Source of the DNA: Armatimonadota bacterium
GTDB lineage: Bacteria; Armatimonadota; HRBIN16
Direction: 5' to 3'
NCBI GenBank assembly: GCA_049969495.1
Contig: JBMFOT010000004.1
Location: forward strand, 11,906-75,905
Length of the DNA: 64,000 nucleotides
Shown here piece by piece: positions 45,534 to 55,639 of this stretch (its first letter is position 1; each line of letters begins with the position of its first letter). The translations under genes and the position numbers were made by a program. The notes below the pieces were generated by a model. It was not told the DNA's origin. It searched no databases and worked only from the letters and a program-made list of their open reading frames with translations.

Positions 45534-47555
45534 CTATCCTGCTGCCAGGTATTTTCCCCACCAGTCCACAATCTGTTGCAATCGGTGCACGCGCAGGTCG
45601 GGCGGGCCAGAGCGCGAGAGCCCATGATTGCTCTCCAGCGGATACCGCACCAGCACCGCCTCCTTCTTCTGCACCTTGAGCGCGGCAAACAGCTGTTCCG
45701 CCTGTTCGATGGGACAGCGCAGGTCGCCCTCGCTATGGATGATAAGCAACGGGGTATGGATATTGCCTGCATACTTCAGCGGTGAGTGCTCCCACAGGTG
45801 CTGTGGCTCTGCCCAGGCGTTGCCCCGGAAGTAGTCGCCGCCGGGTAGCAGAGGCAAGTCACAGGTTCCCGCCATGCTGTGCAGATTCACCACACTGCGG
45901 TCGGTGATAGCGGCGCGGAAGCGGTCGGTATGCGACACCACCCAGTTGGTCATGTAGCCGCCGTAGGAACCGCCCATGACGCCCATGCGCGTCTCGTCAA
46001 TATACCCGCGTGCCACCAGCGCATCTACCGCTGCCATCAGGTCGGCGTAATCGGGTCCGCCCCATGCCCCTTTGATAGCGGCAGTGTGTGCTTCACCGTA
46101 TCCCTTGCTGCCGCGCGGGTTGGTGTACAACACCACGTAGCCCTGCGCTGCCAGCAGCTGAAACTCATGGAAAAATACCCATCCGTACTGTGCGTGCGGT
46201 CCGCCGTGTATCTCCAGGATAAGGGGGTACTTCTTCGTCGGGTCAAAGTCGGGTGGGGGCAGAATCCAGCCGTGCACTTCGTTGCCATCGGGCGAGGTAC
46301 AGGTAAACTCTTCGGGAGCCTGTACCTGCACTTCCGCCAGCCACTCGGCGTTGAAGCAGGTAATGGCGTCGGCGTTCTGTATCGCCCCGTCTTCCAGCGT
46401 GCCGGTGAATACCTCGTGAGGTCGCGTGGCCGTGCCTTCGCACCAGGCGAGACACTTGCCATCCGCGCTGAGAGAGAACGTCGTGATGTCGGCACGCTCT
46501 CCACGCAGAGCAACAGGTTCGCCTCCGTCGGCGGGGATGCTGTAAAGCTTCGTGCTGCCCCTATCGCTGGCAAGGAACAGCAACCGTTTGCCGTCAGGCG
46601 TCCACACTGGACGGCTCCCTCCGCCCACGTCGCGCATGTCGCTGAGAGTGAGGTTGCCTAGCGAACGGTCAAATCCCTCCGTGATGTCTCGTGCTGTGCC
46701 GTTGCTCAGGTCGGCTATCCACAGGTGGTCATTGGTAACACCCCAAATGTCCTCTACCTTCGTATGTCCGATATAGGCGATGCGCATGCCGTCGGGCGAG
46801 AAAGCGAGTCCGCTCTTGGGTCCCTTCGGAGCCTCTACCCGCTGCAGGTCGCCGCCTTCGGCAGGAACCAGCCAGATATCTTCGAGGTTGGGATTCAGGT
46901 CGGGGTCTTCACTGCGGTTGCACACAAAGGCAATCTTGCTGCTGTCTGGAGACCAGCTCAGGCCGCTGCAGGATGTCGCCTCGCTCGTGAGCTGCTTTGC
47001 CTCGCCGGTACGAGCGTCCGTCACCCATACCTGATAGTACTCGCCGTCGAAAAAGCCTGCGCCGTCCAGCCGGTAAAACGGACGGGTGATGATACGGGGT
47101 GGGGTGGATAGCCCCTTCTCCTTGCGCTCTTTCACCACCTGTTCGCGCCACTGCTCGGGCGTAAGGCGGAAGGTAAATGCTATCTTCTTGCCGTCCGGCG
47201 ACCAGGCAATTTCACCGATGCTACCTTCCTCCAGCGAGGTGAGTGCACGCGCCTCGCCGCCGTCTACCGGTATCAGGAATATCTGCGATTTCGGCTTCTG
47301 GCGATTGCTGACGAAGGCGATGCTCTTGCCGTCAGGCGACCAGCGCGGCTGACTATCGGCAACCTCGCCGCCGGTAAACTGGCGCACCTCGCGCGTGCGC
47401 AGATTGCAAAGGTATAGATGACTGAAGTATTTGTTCTTCTCACGGTCGGCGGTTTTCACCACGCAGACCACCCGCTCACCATCGGGCGCAATCTGCGCAT
47501 CGCTGACCAGCCAGAGCCGAAATAGGTCGTCGATGGAAATGGTTCTTGGCATCAC
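45534..47555 (-). CDS. S9 family serine peptidase with N-terminal beta-propeller
   Basis: TolB-like propeller repeats (WSPDGK). C-terminal GGSYGGYM nucleophile elbow, with Asp and His. Confidence 0.85.
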   Translation of the reverse strand: MMPRTISIDDLFRLWLVSDAQIAPDGERVVCVVKTADREKNKYFSHLYLCNLRTREVRQFTGGEVADSQPRWSPDGKSIAFVSNRQKPKSQIFLIPVDGGEARALTSLEEGSIGEIAWSPDGKKIAFTFRLTPEQWREQVVKERKEKGLSTPPRIITRPFYRLDGAGFFDGEYYQVWVTDARTGEAKQLTSEATSCSGLSWSPDSSKIAFVCNRSEDPDLNPNLEDIWLVPAEGGDLQRVEAPKGPKSGLAFSPDGMRIAYIGHTKVEDIWGVTNDHLWIADLSNGTARDITEGFDRSLGNLTLSDMRDVGGGSRPVWTPDGKRLLFLASDRGSTKLYSIPADGGEPVALRGERADITTFSLSADGKCLAWCEGTATRPHEVFTGTLEDGAIQNADAITCFNAEWLAEVQVQAPEEFTCTSPDGNEVHGWILPPPDFDPTKKYPLILEIHGGPHAQYGWVFFHEFQLLAAQGYVVLYTNPRGSKGYGEAHTAAIKGAWGGPDYADLMAAVDALVARGYIDETRMGVMGGSYGGYMTNWVVSHTDRFRAAITDRSVVNLHSMAGTCDLPLLPGGDYFRGNAWAEPQHLWEHSPLKYAGNIHTPLLIIHSEGDLRCPIEQAEQLFAALKVQKKEAVLVRYPLESNHGLSRSGPPDLRVHRLQQIVDWWGKYLAAG

Positions 47556-47867
47556 AAGGTTCCTCCTGGTTGCTATGCTACCTCCTGTAGCCGCAACCTT
47601 CAGGTTGTGGCTACAGGATGACGAACAGACGAAGTCAATCGGTCAATATCTACAGAATCATCTGTGGTGGAGCACTATGGCATCTCACATTCGAATTCTC
47701 TCGTGACCGAAGCCGTTCCTGCCTGGCTCATGCTGGTAAGAACAAAGGGTACAATAGGTAACGGTGAGGAAAATCGCGATAGCTGGCATAATTCCTCACG
47801 GAGCGCAACTTTTCGAGCGCGCCCGGTGTCTAATAAGAAATGAAGGAAATGAGGAGGTCGCTTCAAG

Positions 47868-48794
47868 ATGTGGTGGAGAACGATTGCAGCCATCGTAGCG
47901 TTATCCGCTTGCGCTGTCGCCCCGCTGTGGGCACAACCTGCCCCGGGTGAGCCTGAGCCTCCGCCGGAGCCACCCGTGGACGTGCCTTCAGAGCCGGTGA
48001 TGCCACCGCCGCCGCCCGCCGATTTTCAGCCGCCTGCGGCACAGCCTCAGCAGCAATTGCCCCAGCAAGCGCGGCAAACCGGCAGTGACGTGCGACAGGT
48101 TCTGGCAGACGTCGCACAGCGGTTTCGGCTGCAGGTAGTGGTGGACCCGCTGTTGCAGGGGCGGGTGACGCCACCGGCGCAGGCAAAGGACGCTCAGGCT
48201 GCACTGGATGCCGTCGTCAAACAGGTACCTGGCGTCGTCTGGCGCAAGGTGTACCTGCGCGCGGATATGGAGTTGCCCGCTTCCGAGACGCTGGTCAACT
48301 GGGTACGCTCCATCGTGAACCTCGAGGCGCAGGGGCTCATTGTCGCCGATGCTACCGGTAATCGGATCACCTCCTTTGTGCGCAATGTGACCGTATCGCC
48401 GGACTTCGAGCAGCAGCTGGACCAGATGGTTCCGGCGTTCAAGACGCGCCCGGTGTACGTGGTGTTTTACCAGCAACCGATGGTTGCCCAGCAAGCGGGG
48501 CAGCGTGGTAGGCAGGGACAAACACGCGCAGAGGATTTCCTGGCGCTGGAGCAACAGCGGATGCAGTTGTTCATGCAGATGTCGCCGGAGGAGCGTCAGA
48601 GGGCGATGCGCATGGGCATCCAGATGTTCATGAACATGGACCCGTCACTGCGGATGCAGATGATGCAAGAAGGGTTGCGCATGTTCATGAACATGTCCCC
48701 TGAAGAGCGAAGGATGCTGATGGAGCAGGGGATGCAGATGTTCCAGCAGATGATGGGGGGACCGCCTCCCGGTCCACCTGCGCCCGGACGGTAA
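47868..48794 (+). CDS. secreted Pro-rich / Met-rich repeat protein
   Basis: SD GAGGAGG. Signal peptide. PEPPPEPP linker. C-terminal repeats M-x-L/M-F-M-x-M-S/D-P-E/S-E/L-R. Confidence 0.6.
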   Translation: MWWRTIAAIVALSACAVAPLWAQPAPGEPEPPPEPPVDVPSEPVMPPPPPADFQPPAAQPQQQLPQQARQTGSDVRQVLADVAQRFRLQVVVDPLLQGRVTPPAQAKDAQAALDAVVKQVPGVVWRKVYLRADMELPASETLVNWVRSIVNLEAQGLIVADATGNRITSFVRNVTVSPDFEQQLDQMVPAFKTRPVYVVFYQQPMVAQQAGQRGRQGQTRAEDFLALEQQRMQLFMQMSPEERQRAMRMGIQMFMNMDPSLRMQMMQEGLRMFMNMSPEERRMLMEQGMQMFQQMMGGPPPGPPAPGR

Positions 48795-48850
48795 AAATTG
48801 GAAGGCGCGCCTTCGCGCCTTCCACGATACCTGATGAGGGAAGGTGACGA

Positions 48851-49498
48851 ATGGTACTGACAGCTGGCACGCCCACGGAGGCAACAAAAGAGATTACGTT
48901 TAATATGATTGCGCCACTAGACGAAGACATCTTGCTGGTGCGCCGATGCAGCGACGGCGACTCGTCCGCTTTTGAGAAACTGTACCAGAAGTACATGCGC
49001 CTGGTATACAGCGTGGTGTACCGGATGGTGCCCGGTGAGGAAGCGCACGACCTGACGCAGGAGGTGTTCATCCGGGCGTTCAAGAACATCCGCTCCTTCC
49101 GCGGGGACAGCAGCTTCCGCGCGTGGCTGCTGCGTATCGCGCACAACTTGTGCTGCAATCGTCTGCGCGACATGAAGCGAGAGAGGACCGATTCGCTGGA
49201 AGAGATGGCAGAGCGCGAAAACGGCGGTTACGAGCCGGTATCGGACGAGGATTTACAGGCGCATGTGGAGCGCGAGGAGCTGCAACGGAAAGTGCGCGAG
49301 GTGCTGGCGCGTTTGCCCGAAGACTACCGGACAATGCTGGTGCTACGTGACTTCGAGCAGCTTTCCTATGAGGAAATCAGTCACATCACCGGCTTAACGA
49401 TTGCCAACGTGAAATCGCGTTTGCATCGTGCCCGATTGGCTTTTAAGCGTCTTTTTGAACCTTATTATCGAACTTACTGGCAGGGGGTAGGTGAGTAA
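48851..49498 (+). CDS. ECF (sigma-70 group 4) RNA polymerase sigma factor
   Basis: Region 2 (DLTQEVFIRAF...AWLLRIAHNLCCNRLR) and region 4 (LSYEEISHITGLTIANVKSRLHRAR). SD GGAAGGTGA. Confidence 0.85.
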   Translation: MVLTAGTPTEATKEITFNMIAPLDEDILLVRRCSDGDSSAFEKLYQKYMRLVYSVVYRMVPGEEAHDLTQEVFIRAFKNIRSFRGDSSFRAWLLRIAHNLCCNRLRDMKRERTDSLEEMAERENGGYEPVSDEDLQAHVEREELQRKVREVLARLPEDYRTMLVLRDFEQLSYEEISHITGLTIANVKSRLHRARLAFKRLFEPYYRTYWQGVGE

Positions 49499-49500
49499 CC

Positions 49501-49902
49501 ATGCGTTGCGAAGAGGTACAGGATCGACTGAGCGCGCTGATTGACGAGCAGCTGAGCCAGACAGAGCGGGAACAGGTACAGCACCACCTGTACGCGTGTG
49601 AGGACTGCTTGCGGGAATATCAGGAGTTGCGCCGGTTTGTGGAGTTCTGCCGGCAGCTGGAAGCGCCGGAGCCCCGAATTGACCTGTGGCAAGAGTTCCA
49701 GCCGATGCTCGCCGAGATTATCGCCGAACAACGGTTGTCTTTTACCCAGCGGCTGCGCCACCAATGGAGCCGTCTGGTGTCGCAGGTCTGCTACGGCATC
49801 ATCCTGTTCCTGCAGGTGGTAACGTACCAGCTGACCATCACGCTATCGCGCTATATCATGGAACCAGAGCGCCCGGCTTACGGCCGCTCGGCACAGGGGT
49901 GA
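49501..49902 (+). CDS. anti-sigma factor, zf-HC2 type, single TM
   Basis: H-x3-C-x2-C motif (HHLYACEDC) with a C-x-E upstream. One TM helix. Sits immediately after the ECF sigma gene. Confidence 0.7.
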   Translation: MRCEEVQDRLSALIDEQLSQTEREQVQHHLYACEDCLREYQELRRFVEFCRQLEAPEPRIDLWQEFQPMLAEIIAEQRLSFTQRLRHQWSRLVSQVCYGIILFLQVVTYQLTITLSRYIMEPERPAYGRSAQG

Positions 49903-50582
49903 TGACGGTGAGCATCGAAGGCTTCGTGCAGTGGCTGCAAACGCCCTATGCTACCGTACTGTTCACCTTTATTGGGCTGGCGTTTCTGGTGACGGAGTTC
50001 CTCACCCGACCGGTGTGGTCGTGGGTGGGCACGGTGGGCGTGCTGTTTTTAGGAACGGTCTTCGTGGCGCACCTGTGGAGCGGCTCGCACTGGTGGGGTA
50101 TGGCGGTCTTCGCGCTGGGCGCGGCGCTGGTCATTGTCGAGACGCACATCCTGCCTGGGCGAGGAATCTTCGCGCTGCTCGGCTTCCTGTGCATCTTCGC
50201 GGGAATGCGTGAGGCTATCACCATACAATCACATCCCCTCTTCGCGCTGGTGGTCTCTTCGATACTGACCCTGATGAGCATGGTGGTCTTTTTCCTCTAC
50301 CTGCCCAAGAGCCATTTGTGGCGCGAGATGCAGCACCGTATGCAGCTCTCGATGCCCACCGGCTGGGAGGCTCAACGCGAACTGCTCGGTGCGGAGGGAA
50401 TAACCGTGACCGACCTCACTCCGGGAGGCATGGCGCAGATTGGCGGCATCAGCCTGCGCGTGCTCACCGAGCAAGAGTTTCTACCTGCCCACACTCCCGT
50501 GCGCGTGGCGGAAGTGCGCCCCGATGGGGTGGTGGTGGAGCCGTTGAGCAAACCCTCGCACTCCGAAGTGGAGCAGAGTTAA
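49902..50582 (+). CDS. NfeD-like membrane protein (short form, TM region plus C-terminal OB-fold)
   Basis: 4-5 TM helices, then GMAQIGGISLRVLTEQEFLPAHTPVRVAEVRPDGVVVEP. The start overlaps the anti-sigma stop (TGATG). Confidence 0.7.
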   Translation: MTVSIEGFVQWLQTPYATVLFTFIGLAFLVTEFLTRPVWSWVGTVGVLFLGTVFVAHLWSGSHWWGMAVFALGAALVIVETHILPGRGIFALLGFLCIFAGMREAITIQSHPLFALVVSSILTLMSMVVFFLYLPKSHLWREMQHRMQLSMPTGWEAQRELLGAEGITVTDLTPGGMAQIGGISLRVLTEQEFLPAHTPVRVAEVRPDGVVVEPLSKPSHSEVEQS

Positions 50583-50594
50583 TTTGTCGCGCAC

Positions 50595-51440
50595 CTATCC
50601 GTGGCGCCGCGCCCAGGAGTGAAAGTGCTCCTGAAGCCACATCGCGGTTTCCATCATAGATGGCCCTTCGTGGATAATGTTTTGCCCCTTTTGTACCGTA
50701 CCCACCACCACATAAGGCGCAGGGTTCCACCGGTGCCAGCGTCGCTCCTCGATAAGAGCCTTTACGTCCACTGGGTAGTCAGGTTCGGTGTGGAAAAGAA
50801 GCACATCGGGTCTCGCCACTGTTACCTGCTCAAGGTCAGGCACAAAGTAGGCACGACGGTCTCGCCCAAAGATGTTGTCTCCTCCAGTCGCTTCTATTAG
50901 GTCATGGATGAAGCTGAGCGCGCCGACCGTACGCAGATGCCTGCCAAACCACAGCTCGATGTAGACGCGCGGACGACGCGCCGGAGCGGACAGACAGAGC
51001 GTTTGAAACTGCTGTTCCCACCGCTGGCGCAGGCGACGGGCGGATTCCACCTCGTTCACTAGCCCTCCCAGCAGATTCAGGTTCTCCATCACCCCGCTGA
51101 TACTGCTGGGCAGCGGCAGGGCATACACCGGATAACCTGCTTGCGCCAGTTTGATGCCCAGCGTGCGCTGGATGCCGGTGGTGAGCAGTATCAGGTCGGG
51201 GTTTATCTGCCGGAGCAGGGATTCGTCCACACGCAGGTAGTCACCCACCACCGGCAGGTCGTTGGCGGGAATATAGCGGGAGCAATACACGGAGATGCCA
51301 GCCACTCGATGCCCACAGCCCATTTCGAAAAGGGCCTCGGTTAAAGAGGACGCCAGACAGACAATGCGCTGTGGATGGTCCGCGATATCGACGTTCACCC
51401 CCAGCGGTTCACAGAAAACTCGCACCGGATCCCTCCTCAT
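50595..51440 (-). CDS. ABC transporter substrate-binding protein, cluster A-II (BtuF/FhuD/TroA-like)
   Basis: RIVCLASSLTEALFEMG...PDLILL...YALP... Peripla_BP_2 pattern. No adjacent permease or ATPase. Confidence 0.65.
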   Translation of the reverse strand: MRRDPVRVFCEPLGVNVDIADHPQRIVCLASSLTEALFEMGCGHRVAGISVYCSRYIPANDLPVVGDYLRVDESLLRQINPDLILLTTGIQRTLGIKLAQAGYPVYALPLPSSISGVMENLNLLGGLVNEVESARRLRQRWEQQFQTLCLSAPARRPRVYIELWFGRHLRTVGALSFIHDLIEATGGDNIFGRDRRAYFVPDLEQVTVARPDVLLFHTEPDYPVDVKALIEERRWHRWNPAPYVVVGTVQKGQNIIHEGPSMMETAMWLQEHFHSWARRHG

Positions 51441-51570
51441 GAACAGCGCTACGCTCACAGTGTAGCAGTATTTGCAGCGGTTGTAAACCGGCTGGTGTAG
51501 TACCAATCAGGGGTGATACACGATAGCGCTTCCTACACAGGATGACTGCCGTTTAGGCGGGGGGAGGGCT

Positions 51571-51954
51571 TCACAGCTCACGCACGACCCGGGCTGGCAG
51601 AGTCTGTCGTTCGGCAAGAACCTGCTCCACCCGCTCCTGAACCATCTGCTCCATCTGGGCATGAAGTGTCTCGATCTCCTGCTGGAGCTTTTCCACCCTG
51701 TCCAGCAGGTCCAGAATAATCTCCACCCCGGCGAGGTTCACCCCCAGATCGCGCGTCAGTCGCTGAATCTGGCGCAACCGTTCGATATCCGCCTCAGAGT
51801 ACAGACGGTTCTTCCGATTGATGCGCTTGGGACGTATTAAGCCCATGCGCTCGTACATGCGCAGCGTCTGCGGGTGCATATCGCACAGCCTCGCCGCCAC
51901 GCTAATCAGGTAAATCGGTTCGTGCTTGTCGCGAATGCTGTCTGCCATGCTCAC
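51571..51954 (-). CDS. hspR: MerR-family heat-shock repressor HspR
   Basis: MerR HTH ([25 protein letters not shown]). Last gene of the dnaK operon. Confidence 0.8.
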   Translation of the reverse strand: MSMADSIRDKHEPIYLISVAARLCDMHPQTLRMYERMGLIRPKRINRKNRLYSEADIERLRQIQRLTRDLGVNLAGVEIILDLLDRVEKLQQEIETLHAQMEQMVQERVEQVLAERQTLPARVVREL

Positions 51955-51971
51955 ATCCCCCCTGACATCGG

Positions 51972-53003
51972 TTAAACACGAGAAGTCGTTGTCGTGCCGT
52001 GCAGTTGCGCCAGCTGTTGTAGCAGCTCCCGCTCGCGGGAGGTCAACGTGCGCGGCACAGTGACTCGTACTCGCGCATACAGGTCGCCATAGCCGCTACC
52101 CTTCAGGCGAGGCATTCCCTGACCGGCTAACCGGAATACCTGCCCGCTCTGCGTACCGGCAGGCACTTTCATCATCACGCTGCCCTTGAGGGTGGGCACA
52201 CGCACTTCGCCGCCTAAGGCGGCAGTGGTGTAGGGCACGTCCACATCCACATACAGGTCATCCCCCTTCCGCTCGAAGGTGGGGTGCGGACGCATGCGCA
52301 CTATCAGGTATAGGTCACCACGCTGTCCCCCTCGTCCGGTGAGTCCCTCACCGGCAAGGCGGATCTTCGAGCCGTCCTGTACGCCGGCAGGGATTCGCAC
52401 CTCCAGCCGCTTGTGGCGCGGCACGGTTCCTCTTCCCTGACAGTTCGAGCAAACCTGTCCCAGCGTGTAGAAGCCACTGCGCGTACGCGAGGCTCCTGTG
52501 CCTCCGCACTGCGGGCAGGTATCCTGTAGAGTTACCGAGAGCGTGCGCGTTGCCCCGGTATACGCTTCTTCCAGCGAGACCTCTATCGGGTATTCCACAT
52601 CCAGCGAGGCATCGAACACGGGACCAAAATCGGTTTCGGCGGTGCGTTGTCCGAATGCGTCGCCGAACAGCGTGGCGAACAGGTCGCCCAGCCCACCGAA
52701 GCCGAAATCGCGCAGGTCCTGCCAACTGCCACCGCCGGAGAATCCGCCAGGCTGTTGCTGCTGCTCGCTGTAGTATTTCCACATCTCGCCGTACTGGTCG
52801 TACTTCGCCCGCTTCTCCGGGTCGGAGAGCACCTCGTATGCCTCGCTGATTTCCTTGAACTTCTCTTCCGCGCTCTTGTCGCCCGGGTTCACGTCCGGGT
52901 GGTACTTGCGAGCCAGTCGGCGATATGCCTGTTTAATCTCCTTTTCGGTGGCATTGCGCGGCACACCGAGTATGGCATAGTAGTCCTTATATTTGAAGTT
53001 CAT
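51972..53003 (-). CDS. dnaJ: DnaJ-class chaperone (J domain, G/F region, reduced Zn finger, C-terminal domains)
   Basis: J domain with HPD (KYHPDVN). Only two CxxCxGxG repeats ([16 protein letters not shown]). Confidence 0.85.
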   Translation of the reverse strand: MNFKYKDYYAILGVPRNATEKEIKQAYRRLARKYHPDVNPGDKSAEEKFKEISEAYEVLSDPEKRAKYDQYGEMWKYYSEQQQQPGGFSGGGSWQDLRDFGFGGLGDLFATLFGDAFGQRTAETDFGPVFDASLDVEYPIEVSLEEAYTGATRTLSVTLQDTCPQCGGTGASRTRSGFYTLGQVCSNCQGRGTVPRHKRLEVRIPAGVQDGSKIRLAGEGLTGRGGQRGDLYLIVRMRPHPTFERKGDDLYVDVDVPYTTAALGGEVRVPTLKGSVMMKVPAGTQSGQVFRLAGQGMPRLKGSGYGDLYARVRVTVPRTLTSRERELLQQLAQLHGTTTTSRV

Positions 53004-53030
53004 CGTTGCCTCGCCACCTTCACGACGGGT

Positions 53031-53070
53031 TTATCAAAAGGGGCAGGGCAGCCGTTACCGCCCTGCCCCT
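53031..53070 (-). terminator. intercistronic hairpin/attenuator between hsp20 and dnaJ
   Basis: AGGGGCAGGGC-N10-GCCCTGCCCCT, followed on the minus strand by CTTTTGATAA. Confidence 0.45.
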
Positions 53071-53097
53071 CTATCCTCAGCAGGCAAGGTTGGGGGA

Positions 53098-53553
53098 TTA
53101 CCCAGCCTTCACCTGCACCTTCTTCGGGCGCACCTGCTCCGCTTTGGGCAGGGTGATGGTCAACACACCATCCTTGTAGTGCGCCGTCACCTTCTCGGCA
53201 TCGATGGGCGTGCCGAGTGTGAACGTTCGCTGGAACGTGCCGTAGGCGCGCTCGATGCGCACGTAGTCTTTACGGCGCTCCTCGTCCTGGAACTTGCGCT
53301 CACCCTTGACGCACAGCGTGTCGCCCGTCAGCTCGATCTCCACTTCCTCGGGCTTCACGCCGGGCAGTTCCATGTTAATCGTGATTTCGTTGTCGTCCTC
53401 GCGCACGTCCACTGCGGGCGCCCACACGCGAGGCAGGGTCGGCTCGCTGCGGCGCGCCACCGCGTTGCCGAAGAACTGGTTCATCAGCTGGCTCATCTCA
53501 CGCTCGAAGCGATTCAGCATGTCCACAGGATCCTCCCAGCGCACCAATGCCAT
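53098..53553 (-). CDS. Hsp20/alpha-crystallin family small heat shock protein
   Basis: PAVDVREDDNEITINMELPGVKPEEVEIEL...GTFQRTFTLGTPIDAEKVTAHYKDGVLTITLPK. Confidence 0.85.
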   Translation of the reverse strand: MALVRWEDPVDMLNRFEREMSQLMNQFFGNAVARRSEPTLPRVWAPAVDVREDDNEITINMELPGVKPEEVEIELTGDTLCVKGERKFQDEERRKDYVRIERAYGTFQRTFTLGTPIDAEKVTAHYKDGVLTITLPKAEQVRPKKVQVKAG

Positions 53554-53631
53554 CGTCGTTCACCTCCTTCGTCGTTGAAGTTTTTGGTGCTATCTCATCT
53601 GCCCGCGGTTGCCCGCGGGCAGATATTGCCG

Positions 53632-55455
53632 TTACTCGGACTTGAACTCGGCGTCGATGACCTCGCCATCCCCGGACGAGCTACTGCTGCCTGTCTGTGC
53701 GCCGGTTCCGGCGTAGGTCTGCGACGCCTGCTCATACAACCTCTGCGACAGATGGTACGACTCCTGCTGCAACGCCTCCATTCGCTGCCGAATGAGGCTG
53801 ATGTCGTTCTTGTTGATAGCGTCGCGCAGGTCGGAGATTGCCTGCTCGATGCGCAGCTTCTCGTCCGACGGCACGCGGTCGCCGAGGTCGCGCAACATGC
53901 GCTCGGTCTGGTATGCCAGCGAGTCCGCCTGATTGCGCACTTCGGCTTCCTCGCGGCGTCGGCGGTCTTCCTCCGCGTGCGCCTGCGCTTCCTTCACCAT
54001 GCGGTCAATCTCCTCGCGCGTCAGGTTACTGGAGCCGGTGATGGTAATCGCCTGCTGCTTGCCGGTGCCCAGGTCCTTCGCCGACACGTGCAGGATGCCG
54101 TTGGCGTCGATGTCGAAGGTGACCTCGATCTTGGGCACCCCACGCGGCGCAGGCGGAATACCGGTCAGATGGAACCGCCCCAGCGTCTTGTTGTCGCGCG
54201 CCATCTCGCGCTCGCCCTGCAGCACATGGATTTCCACTTCGGTCTGCCCATCGGCGGCGGTGGTGAAGATTTCGCTCTTGCGAGTCGGAATGGTAGTGTT
54301 GCGCTCGATGAGCTTGGTGAACACGCCGCCCAGCGTCTCGATGCCCAGCGATAGCGGCGTCACGTCCAGCAACACGACGTCTTTCACTTCTCCGCCGAGC
54401 ACGCCCGCCTGAATCGCCGCGCCAATGGCGACCACCTCGTCGGGGTTAACCCCCTTGTTCGGCTCCTTACCGGAGAGTTTGCGCACCAGCTCCTGCACGC
54501 AGGGCATGCGCGTGGCACCACCGACGAGAATGACCTCGTCGATATCCTTCACGTCCAGCTTTGCGTCGGACAAAGCCTGATAGAACGGACCTTTTAGCCG
54601 CTCTACTAGGTCGGCAGTGAGCTCCTCGAACTTGGCACGGGTGAGCTTGTACAGCAAGTGCTTCGGACCCTCGGCGTCGGCGGTGATGAAGGGCAGGTTA
54701 ATCTCCGTCTCCACCATGCTGGAGAGTTCGATCTTCGCCTTCTCAGCCGCTTCGCGCAGTCGCTGCAACGCCTGCGGGTCCTTGCGCAGGTCGATACCCG
54801 TCTCCTTCTTGAACTCATCCGCCGCCCAGTTGACGATGCGCATGTCGAAGTCGTCGCCACCCAGATGGGTATCACCCGAGGTGGCTTTCACCTCGAACAC
54901 ACCATCGCCAACCTCCAGAATGGACACGTCGAACGTACCGCCACCCAGGTCAAACACTAGGATGGTCTCATTGGACTTCTTGTCCAGTCCGTAAGCGAGC
55001 GCAGCAGCTGTCGGCTCGTTGATGATGCGCAGCACCTTCAATCCAGCGATTTCGCCCGCGTTTTTGGTTGCGGTGCGCTGCGCATCGTTGAAGTAAGCCG
55101 GTACGGTAATTACCGCTGCCTCTACCTTCTCGCCTAGGTACGCCTCGGCATCCGCCTTCAGTTTCTGCAGAATCATCGCCGAGATCTCCTCTGGCGTGTA
55201 TTCCTTATCGTCAATGCGGATGCGCTCGCGCGTACCCATTTTGCGTTTAATAGACACAATGGTGCGGTCTGGGTTGATAATCGCCTGTCGCTTGGCGGCA
55301 GCCCCCACCAGACGCTCACCGGTTTTGGTGAACGCCACCACCGACGGCGTCAGGCGGCTCCCTTCGGCATTCGGGATGACCACCGGCTCGCCGCCCTCCA
55401 TGACCGCAACCACCGAGTTGGTCGTACCAAGGTCAATACCTACTGTCTTTCCCAT
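53632..55455 (-). CDS. dnaK: molecular chaperone DnaK (Hsp70)
   Basis: [18 protein letters not shown] and the full Hsp70 architecture. Confidence 0.95.
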   Translation of the reverse strand: MGKTVGIDLGTTNSVVAVMEGGEPVVIPNAEGSRLTPSVVAFTKTGERLVGAAAKRQAIINPDRTIVSIKRKMGTRERIRIDDKEYTPEEISAMILQKLKADAEAYLGEKVEAAVITVPAYFNDAQRTATKNAGEIAGLKVLRIINEPTAAALAYGLDKKSNETILVFDLGGGTFDVSILEVGDGVFEVKATSGDTHLGGDDFDMRIVNWAADEFKKETGIDLRKDPQALQRLREAAEKAKIELSSMVETEINLPFITADAEGPKHLLYKLTRAKFEELTADLVERLKGPFYQALSDAKLDVKDIDEVILVGGATRMPCVQELVRKLSGKEPNKGVNPDEVVAIGAAIQAGVLGGEVKDVVLLDVTPLSLGIETLGGVFTKLIERNTTIPTRKSEIFTTAADGQTEVEIHVLQGEREMARDNKTLGRFHLTGIPPAPRGVPKIEVTFDIDANGILHVSAKDLGTGKQQAITITGSSNLTREEIDRMVKEAQAHAEEDRRRREEAEVRNQADSLAYQTERMLRDLGDRVPSDEKLRIEQAISDLRDAINKNDISLIRQRMEALQQESYHLSQRLYEQASQTYAGTGAQTGSSSSSGDGEVIDAEFKSE

Positions 55456-55518
55456 ATCTATCCTCCGCTTCTATGAGTGCTTTCTTCGGAAGGTTCTCTC
55501 TTGTGATTTCCGTGCATT

Positions 55519-55548
55519 ATTATACCACTTGAGCGTGATGATGTCAAG
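55519..55548 (-). promoter_or_regulatory. dnaK promoter with embedded HspR operator (HAIR-like inverted repeat)
   Basis: On the minus strand: TTGACA (55547-55542), 17 nt, TATAAT (55524-55519). The inverted repeat CTTGACA-TCATCAC-GCTCAAG spans the -35 box and spacer. HAIR consensus is CTTGAGT-N7-ACTCAAG. Confidence 0.7.
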
Positions 55549-55639
55549 TGATTTGAGGGAAATTTTTGAGGGATTTTTGTATGAAGCGTTCTCAAGGCGA
55601 AGCACACACCTGCCGAATATTCCTTATAGGGAGGAACGC

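Noticed and set aside
52993-54354. 453-aa plus-strand ORF
   Set aside because: Antisense to dnaK, which is unambiguous. Arg/Leu/Ala-rich with no motifs.
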